Assembly: GCF_009834535.1 (NCBI RefSeq)
Contig: NC_045732.1
Span: forward strand, 43,338,001 to 43,402,000
Source of the DNA: Camelus ferus
Lineage: Eukaryota
Length of the DNA: 64,000 bases
Reading direction: 5' to 3'
The notes under the pieces: generated by a model
Told to the model about the DNA's origin: nothing
Seen by the model: only the letters and a program-made list of their open reading frames with translations
The model's database searches: none
Shown: positions 41,231-53,992 of the stretch, one piece after another
How the letters are laid out: each line of letters starts with the position of its first letter
Position numbering within the stretch: the stretch's first letter is position 1
Program-made: the position numbers and the translations under genes

Positions 41231-42396
41231 TGGAACTGAATCACTTTGCTGTACTCCTGAAACACTGTAAATCAACTATACTTAAATTAAAAAAAATACA
41301 CATCAGCCTGCAGTTCCAGGGCAGTGTGTGCAGTCACAATGATGACTTAAGAACTGGAGGAACTGGGGGCGTTGGGGTGGGAATTTGTTCTCCAGTGTCG
41401 GCCTTAACAACCCTTTTTGGCTAATCTTGAAAACAGGTGAGTTCTGGAATTAATTAGGGACAATCAAAAAAAGTAAATCAGTCTGTGCCAGTGTCCCTCA
41501 TATGGGGGTTACTACGCTGGAAGGTTTTCTAATCATTCCTTGCCTTACTGGGTATACGGCCATTGGTCTGGCCAACTCATTGTTTTTCTATACCTTGCTT
41601 ATTTTGGCTCAAAACAGCAGTCTGCCTCAGCTTAGCAGGGACGGCAGCTCATGTCATCCTGTACAAGAACTATTCAAATTCTCCAGTGCTGTGCCATGTT
41701 CTGAAGTGTCAGTTTATACCAGAGGCCTAGATCTAACTCAAATACAGCTAATTACATCAACGACTTAGTGATGAAGGATGAGTTAGAAACAGTTGTGCCT
41801 AAAACTCTGACTTCCTTTGATTTTTTTTTCTTCCTTTGTTGATTTTTTATCTTAGGCCACTGAGTAGGAAAAAGGATTCTCTGACAATAACCTTTTTGAG
41901 AATCCAGTTACCTGAAGCAACCAGGGAAATTCTACCCGAGACAGACAAAACTTTTTTACTTTCAAGCCAAAGTTTTGGGACTAAAATGGGGGCCCCGAGG
42001 TTAACTGGGTCCTCTGGAAAGTAGTGCTAACACATCCCCTTGGTGGGTAGAAGCCTCCCTTCTTCTTGACCCCTGTCACAGGCTCAAGATAATCTCTGGG
42101 CATCTGCTCTGGACCAAGAGTAAGAGCAGAGCCTGCTAGATTCTTGCTCAGGAAGTTGTCCAGGGATGTGGCCTTCCAGACTTCATAGTACCTGCTGGGG
42201 ACAGATTTCATAACTTCTGGACTCCAACAGTGAGTGTGGGAGCGAATGGATCCTTCCGCTTGGCTAGCTGCCCAAGCAAGGCAGTGGGGCTGAAAAATGG
42301 AATAGTTCCCACCTCAATCAGCCTGGCTCCCGCCTCCTCTCACAGCGCAGCACACCACTTACGATCTCTTCGTTTTACTTGGTATTTGAAATGGTT

Positions 42397-42402
42397 TTTA
42401 TT
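42397..42402 (-). terminator. Polyadenylation signal, GPKOW
   Basis: TTTATT on +, ~200 bp past the stop. Confidence 0.55.
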
Positions 42403-42596
42403 ATACACTAACTTCTGGTAAATATTGGTTTGCTTCTAGCCTCCCTTCTGGTCCATCCAGCTTGTGCCCTGACCCTGTCCCAGGGCTGCGCTGCAAAGTG
42501 GAGGGCAGAACAACAACCTCCCCACCTTCGTGAAGGCAGTCTCTCCACACCGTGCAGGACTGGTAACAGCCTGGGGGATGGGAGTGTGTCCACAGG

Positions 42597-45500
42597 TCAG
42601 TCTTCATCCGAGTCGCTGGGGCCCACGTACTGGCAGACAGCATCATAGTGAAGCTTTACCACCTCATTCTCTCTCCGCAGCTGCACCAGAGCCCGGCTCC
42701 GCTCTCTGTCCCAGTCCAGCAGACGGCCCACCTAGAGTAGGGGCGGGAGGAATCAGCAAGGCCAATGCAGACCCTGGGACATTCCCTGTGTGCCCCTACC
42801 CCCCATTCCCAGGTCTGGGACTCACCCTTCCAGCCTGTGGCCCCAGCACCACCATCACCCGGTTGCCCTCGACCTTAGGGATCAGGGTCTCCAGCATGTC
42901 TTCCCTCAGGCCTGCAGACAAGGAGAGGGGAGTGAGGCCCCCAGCAAGGGCAGCCCAGCCAGGGTCCTATCAGAAGGGCCTCTCCTGTGTTCCCTGGAGC
43001 TACTCTGTACCTGCTAACAGATGGGAGTTCCCCACATCCATTTCACGGATGAGGAAACCTAACGAGTGGTTCCTGGGAATAGTTGTAATAAAGAGAGCAC
43101 TTATATATGATGATGATGGCTGGGGGTGATAACAGAACAGATTTACATACATATATAACTGAATCACTTTGCTGTACACCTGAAACATTGTAAATCAACT
43201 ATACTTAAATTAAAAGAAAAATACACCTCAGACACCATTTATCATAGGCATGCTGTATGCCCTGCCCTGCACACAGAGCACACATCCCTACAAGGCACCA
43301 GTCACAGAGGGGGAGAAACAGGTGTTAACTGTGCAGATGGAGAAAGTGGGGCTCAGATACTCACCATCACAGAAGTGTCTGACATTCTGTTAGAGGATGC
43401 TGGGCGTTGCAAAAAACCCACCCTCCCAGCCTTTGCCTGGGCCAGGTTCTTGGCCTATGACAGCCTTCTTGATCAGCGTCCAGGATGACAACCCAGTGGC
43501 CATCCCTCAGACTCACCTTCCAGGACCTGGCCTTCATCTGTCCGACACACACAAGTATCTGGGCTCAGGACATCTTCAATTGTCATCTGGGGAGAGGGTC
43601 AGGGGATATGAGAATGTCAGAGAGCTAAGGAGGCCCAGTCCCTGGGGGAGGAAGCAGACGCAGGTGCGGGGTTCCCACCTTGGTGTTGTAATACTGGCCA
43701 CCCTTGTGCAGCTTGTCCACAAACCGCACGCGCAGGTCCCTGTGCAACCAGTGCTGACTCCTGGGGGCTGCTTTCTCACTCTTGGCTGCAGGCCCATCCT
43801 GTCTGTAGAGAGGGGCCGACAGGAGGCTTAGCTCTTTATCAGAGGCACGTTCTGGGCACACCACCTTCACCAATATTGTGAAACCCACCCATAATGCTAC
43901 TCCTAGTTCCTTCCAGGCAAGTGCCTTGCCCTGGGGACGCTTTCTCTGACTGGAGCCTCACCATGGTCTTCCCCCTACCCCCATCCCAGATGCCCAGGGT
44001 CCCACCGGTCTGGAAGGTGTTTCCGCTTCCTCTCTGAGTCCTCCTGCCGGCCGTGGAGGTCCTGATTCCGAAGAGCCTTTCGTGATGAGGCTGTTCCGTT
44101 CTGTTGCCCTGAGGTTTTGCTCACCTGGCCTGTTCAAGGGGGTGTGGGGAGAACCAGAAAAGAGCCTCGGTATCTCACCCTCTTTCCTTCCAGGCCACAC
44201 CCCAGCCTCAGACCACCTTCCATCTGCCAAAATGCCCCCTCTTACCATCAAGCTTTTGCCTGGGCTATTAGAACACTCTCCCCTTCCTCTCAACCATCTC
44301 GGCCTCTGTCAGGAAGCCTTCCTCAACCATCCCAGCCAGTCCTGACAGTGCTTACCTGAGCCAACCACCTAGTATGGGCTAGGGAGTCCTGGAGAGCTGA
44401 CAGCACCCATCTCCCATGAGCCAAACTGGCCCATCCTACCGATATGCCTAAAATGCCTTCCTCCCCATCACCATCTAGTCCTAGCTGCTCTCACTCCCTA
44501 GCAAGAGAGGTTCACCACCCCAAATAAAGACCTCCCAAGGGTAGGGAATGGTTTCCACATCTGTTTCTCCCGCCTCAGAAAAAGGCTAAAGAGTTACTAG
44601 ATCAATCTTTTTTCAATTAAATGGAATATACCACTTATGTTCATTCTCACTTCTTAACTGTGACCAGAAATCACCCTTGCCAGCAGTCCATTGTTCCACC
44701 CCTCTGCGGATCTAACCTCTGCCCCCAAGATAGGCCCTACCACCCCCAGGAATGCTTCTACAATTTCCCCAGCTAGGTAAGAGGCTCACTCACTGAGATC
44801 CAAGGAGTTCTTGTCAAACTCCTGCTGGGAGACAGGCCGCAGGCAGTACTCACTAACAGTCACCATGCGGCTCCCTGCGGCCAGACGGACCATGGCTCGA
44901 ACATTGTCAGGATCGAGGCCTTCCACCTAAAGTATTGTGGGGAAGAAGGGAGGCAGGGGTTGAGTGAACTTGACCCACAGTCCTAAAACCAAACTGTCTG
45001 TCCCTACCTCTGATAGGCCTCACCCCTGTGTCTCCCCCAGCAGACCGTGGGGCTTGGATCTATTTTAAGTATCTAATAATCCTCAGGGACTTGTGGCATA
45101 AGGATTCTCTCCCTTTTAGTTGAAGCTGAGGCTCAAGACAGGCCCAACAAATAGTCTTGAGTTACTGAATGAGGCGGTGGGCCAGGAAGGCCTGAAAGAC
45201 AAAGACTTCCAGCTTTCCTACCCAAGACCCAATTCTTCTGCCCTCTGACCCTCACATCAATCTTCCCTGCTGCCTGTCTCGGGCTCCAGGCACATCCTGG
45301 TTGCTTACTTTCCCATAGAGGCCACGGTGAGGGCCAGAAAGAACCACCACAGCTCCTCCAGGCACCAGTCCTTGAGGCTGGTCTTCCTTATCCTTCTCTT
45401 GCTCATCTGGCCTTGGCAGCCGGTGGGGGCCCGTGGGGGCCAGGGCCTGGACCTCAGTCAGGTTGGCGCCCAGCCCTAACCCCTTGGGCCTCAGTGCATT

Positions 45501-48500
45501 GACACGAGGCTTCACCACTCTGCAGGGAACACAGGATATGGGCTTGTTGTGGGGGATGCATCTGTCTTCAAGGCCCCGTTCCCCACCCCTACCCCCAACC
45601 ACTGCCCGAATCCCACCCTATCAATATGTTCAAGAATATCCTTGCCAAACTCATATTAGGACAGAAATGGCAATTTCATTTGGTTTAACCTAATAACATG
45701 TTGTGCATACCCTCTATTACACAGTATCTCTAGTAGGATCTGAGGCAGGTTCCAATAACCAAATATACTAATATTTCCACAGGGGAAACCATATGACTAT
45801 TCACCAAGCAGAAGAAACAGGACATAAAATACTCAGTGTCAATTCAGGTTACACTTGACTACCAATTGTTTTATGGAAAAAAAAAAGTTTGGTTTTCAGA
45901 TTTTTGGGGAGTTTAAAACTGTGGAAGAAGGGCTCGTAAGCCCATGTGATAACAATAGCAAATATATAGTATGTGCTTATCTGGGGCCAGGGCTTACTGT
46001 AAAGTGCTTAATGTGCATCATTTCACTTAACTGTCACAACAGACTTGGGAAGTCAGTACTGTTATTATCCCCATTTTTCAGCTGAGAAGGCTGATGCCCA
46101 GACAGGCAATCTTTACATAAATGAGATCTTGTTAGGTTATGGGGTTTTGAAGGGCAAAAGGAGGTTGAACAGTAGTGGAAGGGGCTACTGAAATACTTAG
46201 GGTGGAAATGCGTCCTCTCCCTGCCTGGATGGTTCTGGGTGGGTGGTAACCATGCAGGTCTTGTTCCCTGGCCCATCTGCTGTCCCCTTGCCCCTACCCT
46301 ACAACTCACTGATTGAAGGTGCGGCCAATGCCCTCGCCAGGTTTCCAGCCCATGCCCCGCAGCATAGCCAGCCCGTAGGCCTCCACAGGGACTGCCTCGT
46401 AATCAGCCTCCTCTGGCACCTATGAGTTTAGGCACAGAAAGGATGGTCAGGTTTGGCTTACAGTGGGCCCTCTGAAGTGTGCTCGCTATCACACATGGGG
46501 TGACCCTTGAGGCTTCTTTCCCAGTCAACTCAAGGGTGAGTTTTGATTTCCTCTTGCTATCCCTCACTTTACTCCTCCACATTCAGTCCTTTGACAAATA
46601 TTTATAAAGGATTCATTCTGTGCCAGCTACTGTTCTAGGTGCTGGGGATAAAGCAGTGAACGATAGAGACAAAAACTCATGCCCTTATGTGGCTTTCATT
46701 CTAGTTGTGGAGACATCACAAATAAAATACATAAAACAGTATGTCAGATAGTGATATGGTATGTGAAGAAAAATAAAGCAGGTTAAGGGGATGCAGAGGG
46801 ATGGCGAAGGGAATGTTACTGAGTTGACATCTGAGCAGAGACCAAAAGATGACAGAGGGAGCTCTGAGGATATAAGAAGAAAGAGCACTCCAGAGAGGAC
46901 AGTAAGAGCAAAGGCCCTGAGGCAGGACAAGATCTATGTATGAAGAGCATCATGAAAGTCAATCTGATTGAAACAGATATGGAGGCTGAGGAGAGCTGGG
47001 CAGAAGCCACAATAGGATGGCAGCCAAAAGGGGACCAGAGAGGAAGTTACTGCATTAGTCCAGATGAGAAATGCTGGTGGCTCAGACCAGAGTGGTGTAG
47101 AGGTGATGGTGAGAAGTCGTCTGACTCTGGATATATTTTGAAAAAGGAGATGACAGGATTTTGCTGACAGATTGTACACAGGGTATGAAATAAAAGGCGT
47201 CAAGGGTGACCCTAAGGTTTTTAGGCTAAGTGAGAGGAAGATGGATGGAACTGTAATCAACTGAGGTGTGGAAGGCTACAAGAGGAGGGAAAATGAGAGA
47301 AAGGAGGCCAAAGCTGGAACAGGACAGAGAGTGAAGGTCTTTTTTTTTTAAGATGAAAAAAACCAGAGGATGTCTGAAGGCCAATGAGAACAGTTCAGTC
47401 AAAAGAGAGAGTGGTTTGGGGCCATAGGAGAACTAGGAACCAAGGAAGCATTGCAAAAAAAAAATTGTGAGTAAAGAGTGAAAAGTAGGGTCCATGGGTA
47501 TGAAAAACAGACTTGGTTACTTCTGTGGACACACCCCTCACTTCTCGTGTTATCACCTCCCATCATCAGTCCTTCAATTCTTTATATTTGTTGCAAACAC
47601 ACCACAAGTTGCCTCACTGATGGACACACACCACACCTGCTCCCATGCCATTTCCTGCCACCATGCCAGTGTTTGGGTCATCACTGCCATTAGGAGCATT
47701 CACCCTGCTCTGCCATCTCTCACTAAACCCTCTCTGTCCTTCCTGACCTCACTCCTACTGCTCTGGCCTGAGCCTCCATCCTCTCTAGCCTGGACTGCTG
47801 GTCTCCTTGCCTCCACCTTTGCTCACTAGTTCTGCTCATAGCAGCCAGAAAGAGCCTGTCAAATCATAAGTCTTGTCCCTTCTCTGCTCAGAGCCCTCCC
47901 ATGGCTCTCATCTCACTCAGAGTAAAAGCCAAAGTCCTCACTGTGGCTGACTTCTGACTTCATCAACTACCCATACCCCTCACTCCAGCTCCACTGGTCT
48001 CCCTGGTGTTCCTCAAACACTCCAGGCAGAGTCTACTCTCAGGATTTCTCCATTTCCTGTTCCCTCTGCTCCTCGTCTCATTCAGATAATCCCAGAATCC
48101 GAGTACTTGTTCACTTGTTAATGCTTCCAAAAATGATGAAAGGAGGAAGGGAGAGGCAGCAGGCCTCTAGTACACACACAGACTTTTCCTTCTGTGTTCA
48201 GGGAGGCCGGCCTGGCCAACAGGGTAATGAGAGACTGGGGAAGGAGGGAGGCAAGGGGCCAGCTNNNNNNNNNNNNNNNNNNNNNNNNNNNNNNNNNNNN
48301 NNNNNNNNNNNNNNNNNNNNNNNNNNNNNNNNNNNNNNNNNNNNNNNNNNNNNNNNNNNNNNNNNNNNNNNNNNNNNNNNNNNNNNNNNNNNNNNNNNNN
48401 NNNNGGGAGGGAGCAATGAGGTCCCACCCTATCCTTCCGCTTTCCTCCCCTTCTTCCTTCACTAGGGCAAGGCAAAGGAGGGAGCACTCACCCTCAATGA

Positions 48501-49603
48501 GTTCCTTCACAGCTTGGGACAGCATTCCATCCGCCAAGACCTCAGGATGTATGGATGGTCCAGGGGCCTGGGTGGGTGGCTGCCTGCGATGGCCATTCTG
48601 GATCAAAGGGATGACAAGTTCCTTGGGGGCTTCTGAGGGCTTCACACTGATGTGGACACAGAGGGGTGAAGTTGGGGAAGCAGCACGATCAGTGGGTTCT
48701 GAGCCATACCCCTTCATTCAGGGGAAAAACACAAGAGCCAAACTCACCCTCAGCCCCAAGTCACTCAACCCCTCCCTTCTTCTGTCTGGCTCTCCTGTTA
48801 GGTCGCTGGTGAGGCTTTCTTTGGATTCTCTGCCCCACCCTCAACTTAAATATCAATGCTTCTGAGGAACCGGTCTCAGTTCTGGACCCTCTATTCACCC
48901 CAAGACCCACTTCCATGGTTTCCACAATGACCTACAAATCACCATCTTCAGCCTGGACTCTTTCCCCAGCTCCAGGCTCCACACCAGCCTCCTGGATGGT
49001 TGATTCTCTTCTGGAAGTCCCTGTATCAGGCTCTCCTTTCCCAATTAAGCTGATGGGGGTCTCCTCCAACCTGAATCTGCCGCTCCATCCCGCTTGCCAT
49101 ATTGGACAAGCCCCACCGCTTTAGCTGGGACACTAGGAGTCCTGTCATTCTCCCCTCTTTCCCTTTTTCAGAACGCAGGCTCCTCAGGGCCCCCCAAGCC
49201 CTAAAGACACTCCCTTTCAGGATTATATCCTCTCCTTTCAACCCCTAGGGTCAACAGGTCCAATTTCCGCCCCCCTCTCCTACTAACTCCCGCCTTCTCG
49301 CTTCCACGAAATTTCCTCACGCAGTGCTTTAGGCTTTACAGGCCACTGTCACCAAGACAATCAACTCTGATTCCACTCTCCCGCAGGCACCCACTGCACT
49401 GGTTTCCAACGGACGAAAGACCCAGCGCTTCACCTCTGTAGCTCTCTCCCTTCCACGGTCTTCAAGAAATCCTTATCCTCCGGAGCCGCACCCGCGCCGT
49501 CTCCCGCCAGCCGAATCCGGGCAGATACTCGACTGAAGCTGAATGAAATTGGGACACTGGAGGCTCTCGCCGGCCGCAATATACCATCTTCAGCGTCCGC
49601 CAT
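42597..49603 (-). CDS. GPKOW: G-patch domain and KOW motifs-containing protein (splicing factor, Spp2 homolog)
   Basis: Exons 49603-49434 (MADAEDG...), 48646-48492, [exon 3 in N-gap 48265-48404], 46419-46310 (G-patch [18 protein letters not shown]), 45519-45309, 44926-44794, 44129-44006, 43802-43679, 43586-43517, 42911-42826 and 42731-42597 (TGA). Phases are consistent. Confidence 0.96.
46560..48130. mobile_element. L2 fragments in GPKOW intron 3
   Basis: CATTCAGTCC..TTTGACAAATATTT, GAGAAATGCTGGTGGCTCAGACCAG and related L2 motifs. Confidence 0.65.
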
Positions 49604-49830
49604 CTTGCCCCTCTTCCCAGGCCGGAGCGCTGCTTGATGGGAAGTTTAGTTTGTTCTCACTTTTCCGGGGGGCGGACCACGAGCGCTAGAACTACTTTAC
49701 CCGTGAAACACTGCGGCACTGGTGGTCAAAGGCTAAGGGGCCATAGGAAGTAATTGCCGCTCTTTTTACGTCACAGGAGAGCGTGGCGCCAAGCATACCG
49801 GGAAATGTAGTTCTTGGAGGAGGTAGGCTT
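49595..49830 (-). promoter_or_regulatory. GPKOW: GPKOW promoter
   Basis: YY1-like CCGCCATCTT overlapping the ATG (49597-49606), GGGAAATGTAGT (reverse complement ACTACATTTCCC, ZNF143/THAP11 motif) at 49800-49811, and TTACGTCA CRE-like site. Confidence 0.65.
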
Positions 49831-50048
49831 GATAGAAGGTGGGTTCGTTCTTGCCAAGTATTGATTCCTTCCTGTAGGCGTTTACTGTGTGCTCGTTATT
49901 CTGCCCTACTGGTGTGGGAAGTGTAGGTAACAAAAGTCATTAAGAGAAACATCTGTGAGTGCCAGTTGTGTACGATAATAAAAAATAGACATGTAAATGG
50001 TGCCTACACGTGACAGATTTAATACTGGACAAATTCTGGATTCAGATA

Positions 50049-50253
50049 CAGTTGATCCTTGAATAACATGGTTTGAACTGCAAGGGGCCACTTATATGTG
50101 GGTATCTGTCACTAACTACCTCCTACAGTACTGCATGATGCAAGATTGGTTGAATCCAAGGATGTGGAACATGGAGGGGAGACTAAAGTTATATGGGGAT
50201 TTTAGACTGCACTGGGTCGCTGCCCTAACCCCCCTTTGTTCAAGGGTCAACTG
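50049..50253. mobile_element. Tigger-family MITE (Tc1/mariner)
   Basis: TIRs CAGTTGATCCTTGAA (50049) and TTCAAGGGTCAACTG (ends 50253), flanked by TA on both sides. Confidence 0.85.
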
Positions 50254-50999
50254 TATTAATAAAATAGAGGGGCCTCCTCTCTAGAGGCTCCTACTCCAGC
50301 GGGGATCAATGACACTTAAATGGATATTAAAACAAAAACAAAAACAAAAGCAAAAACAATTCCTACCAACTTTAAATATGTCGTGAGAGCCAGGTCCTAA
50401 GGCTTCAGAAGATTAATGAGATAGACTCCTCTTGTGTAGGACCTTAAGAGACTGATACTTAAATAGTCATAAGAAAGAATACTACAAATCTGCTAAAAAT
50501 TCTTCCCAAGGAAATCATCGAAGATGTGCAAAAAAAATTTATACAAGATTCATCAGAGTATTATTTATTGTAGCAAAAGCTTGAAGACCACTTAAATGAA
50601 CAACATTAGGGGATGGGCTAAATGAGTTATAGCACATGGCTTGAATGGAGCAAATATACTAGAGCCTTTAAATGTGAAAGTATACATATAATTAAATGAA
50701 ATGGGACATAGTAACAATGTTTGGAAAGCAGAATAGTACAGTGGCTCAGAGGATGGTCTTGAAAACAGGAAGTCCAATATTCGCAACGTTCACCTACTGC
50801 AATAACCCTCTCTGTGTCACCTCCTAGAGGAATATTCTAGGATAACCCCAGCCGCCTCGAATCGCCGCCGAGCCCCGCCCTCCCAACTCACGCCCATGGG
50901 CCCCACCCAGCGGAGTAACTAGCAATCCCGGGCCCGCCACCTCAGAACCCAGCGCCACTCCGGCCACGCCCTCCAGGAGGCCCAGCCCCCATCACGCAC

Positions 51000-51851
51000 C
51001 CTCCTTGGGGCGCAGGCGCAATGAAACGCCGGCCCTGCGAACCAGCGCCGCCACGTCGGCCGCGGCTCGGGCCGCCAGGGGGCGCGCGTCCAGCCGCGCC
51101 AGGAGCTGCCGGGCGCTGGGGCCCGCGGGCGGGGAAAGGCCGCGGCCTGCGCGAGTGAAAAGAACAGATCAGCGCCCACCCTGAGCCTCAGCGAGCCACC
51201 ACACCCCCGACGATCGAAGACCTAGTATGCCCCTCAAGATCCCCGGGGACCGAGACCACGCCCTCCGTAGTTCCAGAGGTCGCCGACTGTCCCTCTCACC
51301 TCCCGCGATCCCCGACCATCGCGGGTGTGCCCGTGGACCCCCCGCCTGGCCCCACGATATCCCTGGAGATAGCTGTTTAACCTCAGTACTCCTGGACACC
51401 TCCGAACACCCCGCAAATACCTCTGGAGGTCTCCGACTGCCCCCTTGTAACCCCGGACTACAAACTCTCCTCCCCAATATGGAGAGGGACCTAGATTTCC
51501 CCCAGATGTCCCGACAGAACACGGTCTGCCCCCCACCCCAGTGGCCGCGGCACCCCCGAGTCCCATTCCAGATATCCTAGGCAACCCTGACGGCCCACGT
51601 GGCCCCAGAGTGCCCCCTCCACACATCCCCAGAGGCCCCCGCCTCACCCCCCAAAATGCACCACAGACCCTGAGTGCCCAGGTGTCCCCAGTGACCCGGG
51701 CAGACCCCTCTGACACATCTCCCCCGAGATTCCCGAGAGCCCCCGGGTCTGGTGCGCTGCCCCGCAGCGCGGGTGTGGGTGCGGGTGCAGGTAGGGGGCC
51801 TCGAGCCCAGCCCCGGTCGCTGGGCCCCTGCCCTCTACGGCCGCCGCCCGC

Positions 51852-51882
<31 letters not shown>

Positions 51883-52044
51883 TTGGGCGCCAGGGCTGCT
51901 TTGTTTACCACCTGTCGGAAGGAAAAGGTGAGGAGCAGACAGGCGGGGCGAGGGCTGGCAGGGACGCGCCCGCTCCCTCCCCCCCGCCCCGTACCTCCTC
52001 TGCTCCGCCTAGGGTCCGCGGCGCCCCCCCGCAAGCCGCTCCAT
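51000..52044 (-). pseudogene. MAGIX: Truncated 5' copy of MAGIX (exons 1-2 only)
   Basis: Exon 1 52044-51995 (ME..GGAADPRRSRG, with a +1 in a C7/G7 run). Exon 2 51146-51000, 147 nt, GRGLSPPAGPSARQLLARLDARPLAARAAADVAALVRRAGVSLRLRPKE with AG/GT, recognisably MAGIX exon 2. No exon 3 follows; the GC-rich intron ends near 50850. Confidence 0.75.
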
Positions 52045-52733
52045 GACCAGGAGTCGGCGGGGTGGACGCACGGCCGCCAGCGACGCGTTTGGAGCGCCCG
52101 GGCGCGCTCACCTGGCGGCCCGCCCGGGCCTGGACGCGGCTGAGGCCGGCCGGTCCCGTGCCCGGCGCCCCGACCAGCGCCGTGACCTACCTGGCGGCCG
52201 GCAAGGAGGCCAGGCTGTGGGAGCCAGCGCGAGCGCTTGGCCTCGCTCTGTCTCAGGCGCTGCCTCTGTTTCCCAGGACCGTGGGAAACCTCTTTCCACC
52301 CAGGGGATGTTGTTACTCCTCTGGTGAGAAGGGGAAGTCGAGGCCCAGACAAGTTAAGGGCCCCACCTGAGCTCTGACAACTACCAAGGGGATCCAGAAC
52401 CCGAACCCAAGTTTACCACGGTGTTCTGCCGCCTCCAACAGAGGTTTGCACAGCCTAGGCACTCAGTAACTTTGCAGTGAATGCTTGCCTCAGCTGGTCC
52501 CTACTGGGGAACTGGAAGAGTGTGGTGGGCTGGGGAGGGTGGCGCCCTTGGAGCCTTTGGGGTCCATGGGAGGCTTGGAGGCCCTGAGCAGGATAAGGTT
52601 TGGGGACTCAAAAAGTAGGGAGGGGCAGGCCCCCTGGAGAAGGAGGGGCGGTAGGGGCCTGGACTTGAGGAGGCTTTGAAGGCACGTTGGTGGGAGGGGA
52701 CGCCAGCCAGTGAGAGGTGAGAAATGAGGTCCT
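51709..52733 (-). repeat. Inverted repeat, left arm (MAGIX promoter/exon 1/part of intron 1)
   Basis: Manual reverse-complement alignment to 53993-55016: identical from ~52261 to ~52727, with one mismatch at the inner boundary. The remaining differences are 1-2 nt indels or swaps in the most GC-rich part. Confidence 0.93.
51852..51881 (+). repeat. (CCG)10 in MAGIX intron 1, left arm (mirror at ~54841-54885)
   Basis: Direct count. Confidence 0.9.
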
Positions 52734-53992
52734 TTCTAGGTTTGAAAAGGGGTGGGGTATCCGGAGCTGAAGGCCCAAGTGGGAGAGTGATTTGCACAGT
52801 GCTACTATAGTGGAAGGACGAATGGGGTGCAGTGAGAGAAGGTCTGTGGCCACCATTTTGTGGAGGAAGAAACTGAGGGCAGGAGGGGCTCAGGGCCCCA
52901 TAGCCAGCCAACAATAGCCCTGGATTTGGCAGCTTACTCCGCACACTTCCTTGGTCCAGTTCCTGTTCCACTATGGGCTGTAGATGCACTGTGTCCTGAC
53001 ATCCATTCTGGCTGGGTGGACAGCCTCTCTCATCCACTTCGCAGGGTCCCAGTGTTGTGGTAGGTGAAAGGGCTGATTGTTCTCTGCTTTCATTCCTCCT
53101 GCAATCTCATGCCCCTCCCATCTCTGACCTGACCTTGTCTGAAGAGGGGCACACTGGACCTCCTTCCCTCCTCTGCCTTGTTCTCGTGGTGACTACATGG
53201 GGTTTTCACAGATCCCCAAATAGGCCCTCTGTTATTCTCACCTCCCTGCCTTTGCCCATGCTGTTCCTCTCCCTGGGAGGCCTTTTCCGACATTTGTCCA
53301 CCACTGCATGTTATCAAGGCCCAGTTCAAAGACTCCAATCGTCCATTCTTCTCTTTCTGAAACAAAGAAAGAACACATGTTCATATGCAGATGGTGTATG
53401 TTTGACTATGAAGAATTGTAAACCAAAGTGCTTCTGTCTGTGGGGAAGAGTCCAGGCTGATTTATTTTCCTAAGTCTTCCCAAGAAAATTCGGTTGAGGA
53501 GAAAAACCAAGGCTGAGACCTAAGCATCCATGTCCTCTCCTCCATTAGGAAGCCTTGCCTCTCTCTCCTCTAGGGCCCAGTCCCCTCTCCCTCCCCCGGG
53601 GATGTCACCAATTATGCAGGGCAGTGCCGGTCACCGGGATCATTGGCCTCTGGTCGTCTGCCTGCCTGAACTGGGATCTGCTGTGTCCCTCTTGGCTATC
53701 CCTGGAAGTACAGCTGATGTGTGAGCTCCCAGGATCCCCAGGAGAAGATGCCCGCATCTGCCCACCTTCTCTTCGAAGAATCCAGGATGCTTGCTTTGTA
53801 TAATGCTATGTAAACTTCTTACCTATGGCTTGTGGAAGGAGAAATAAGCCAACACTGGCACAATTATTATTCCCTAATTTTATAAATTAGGAAACAGAGG
53901 CCCAGACAAGGTAACTTACTCTCTGCCTGGCTCTGTTCTTATTGAGACTTCGCGCACTGAAGATGGAAATGTCAGCTTCTAATCTGGCGTTC

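Noticed and set aside
51234-52352. 372-aa ORF (-) and 200-aa ORF (+) over the left arm
   Set aside because: GC-rich low-complexity reading through MAGIX intron 1; the frame is not preserved in the right arm.
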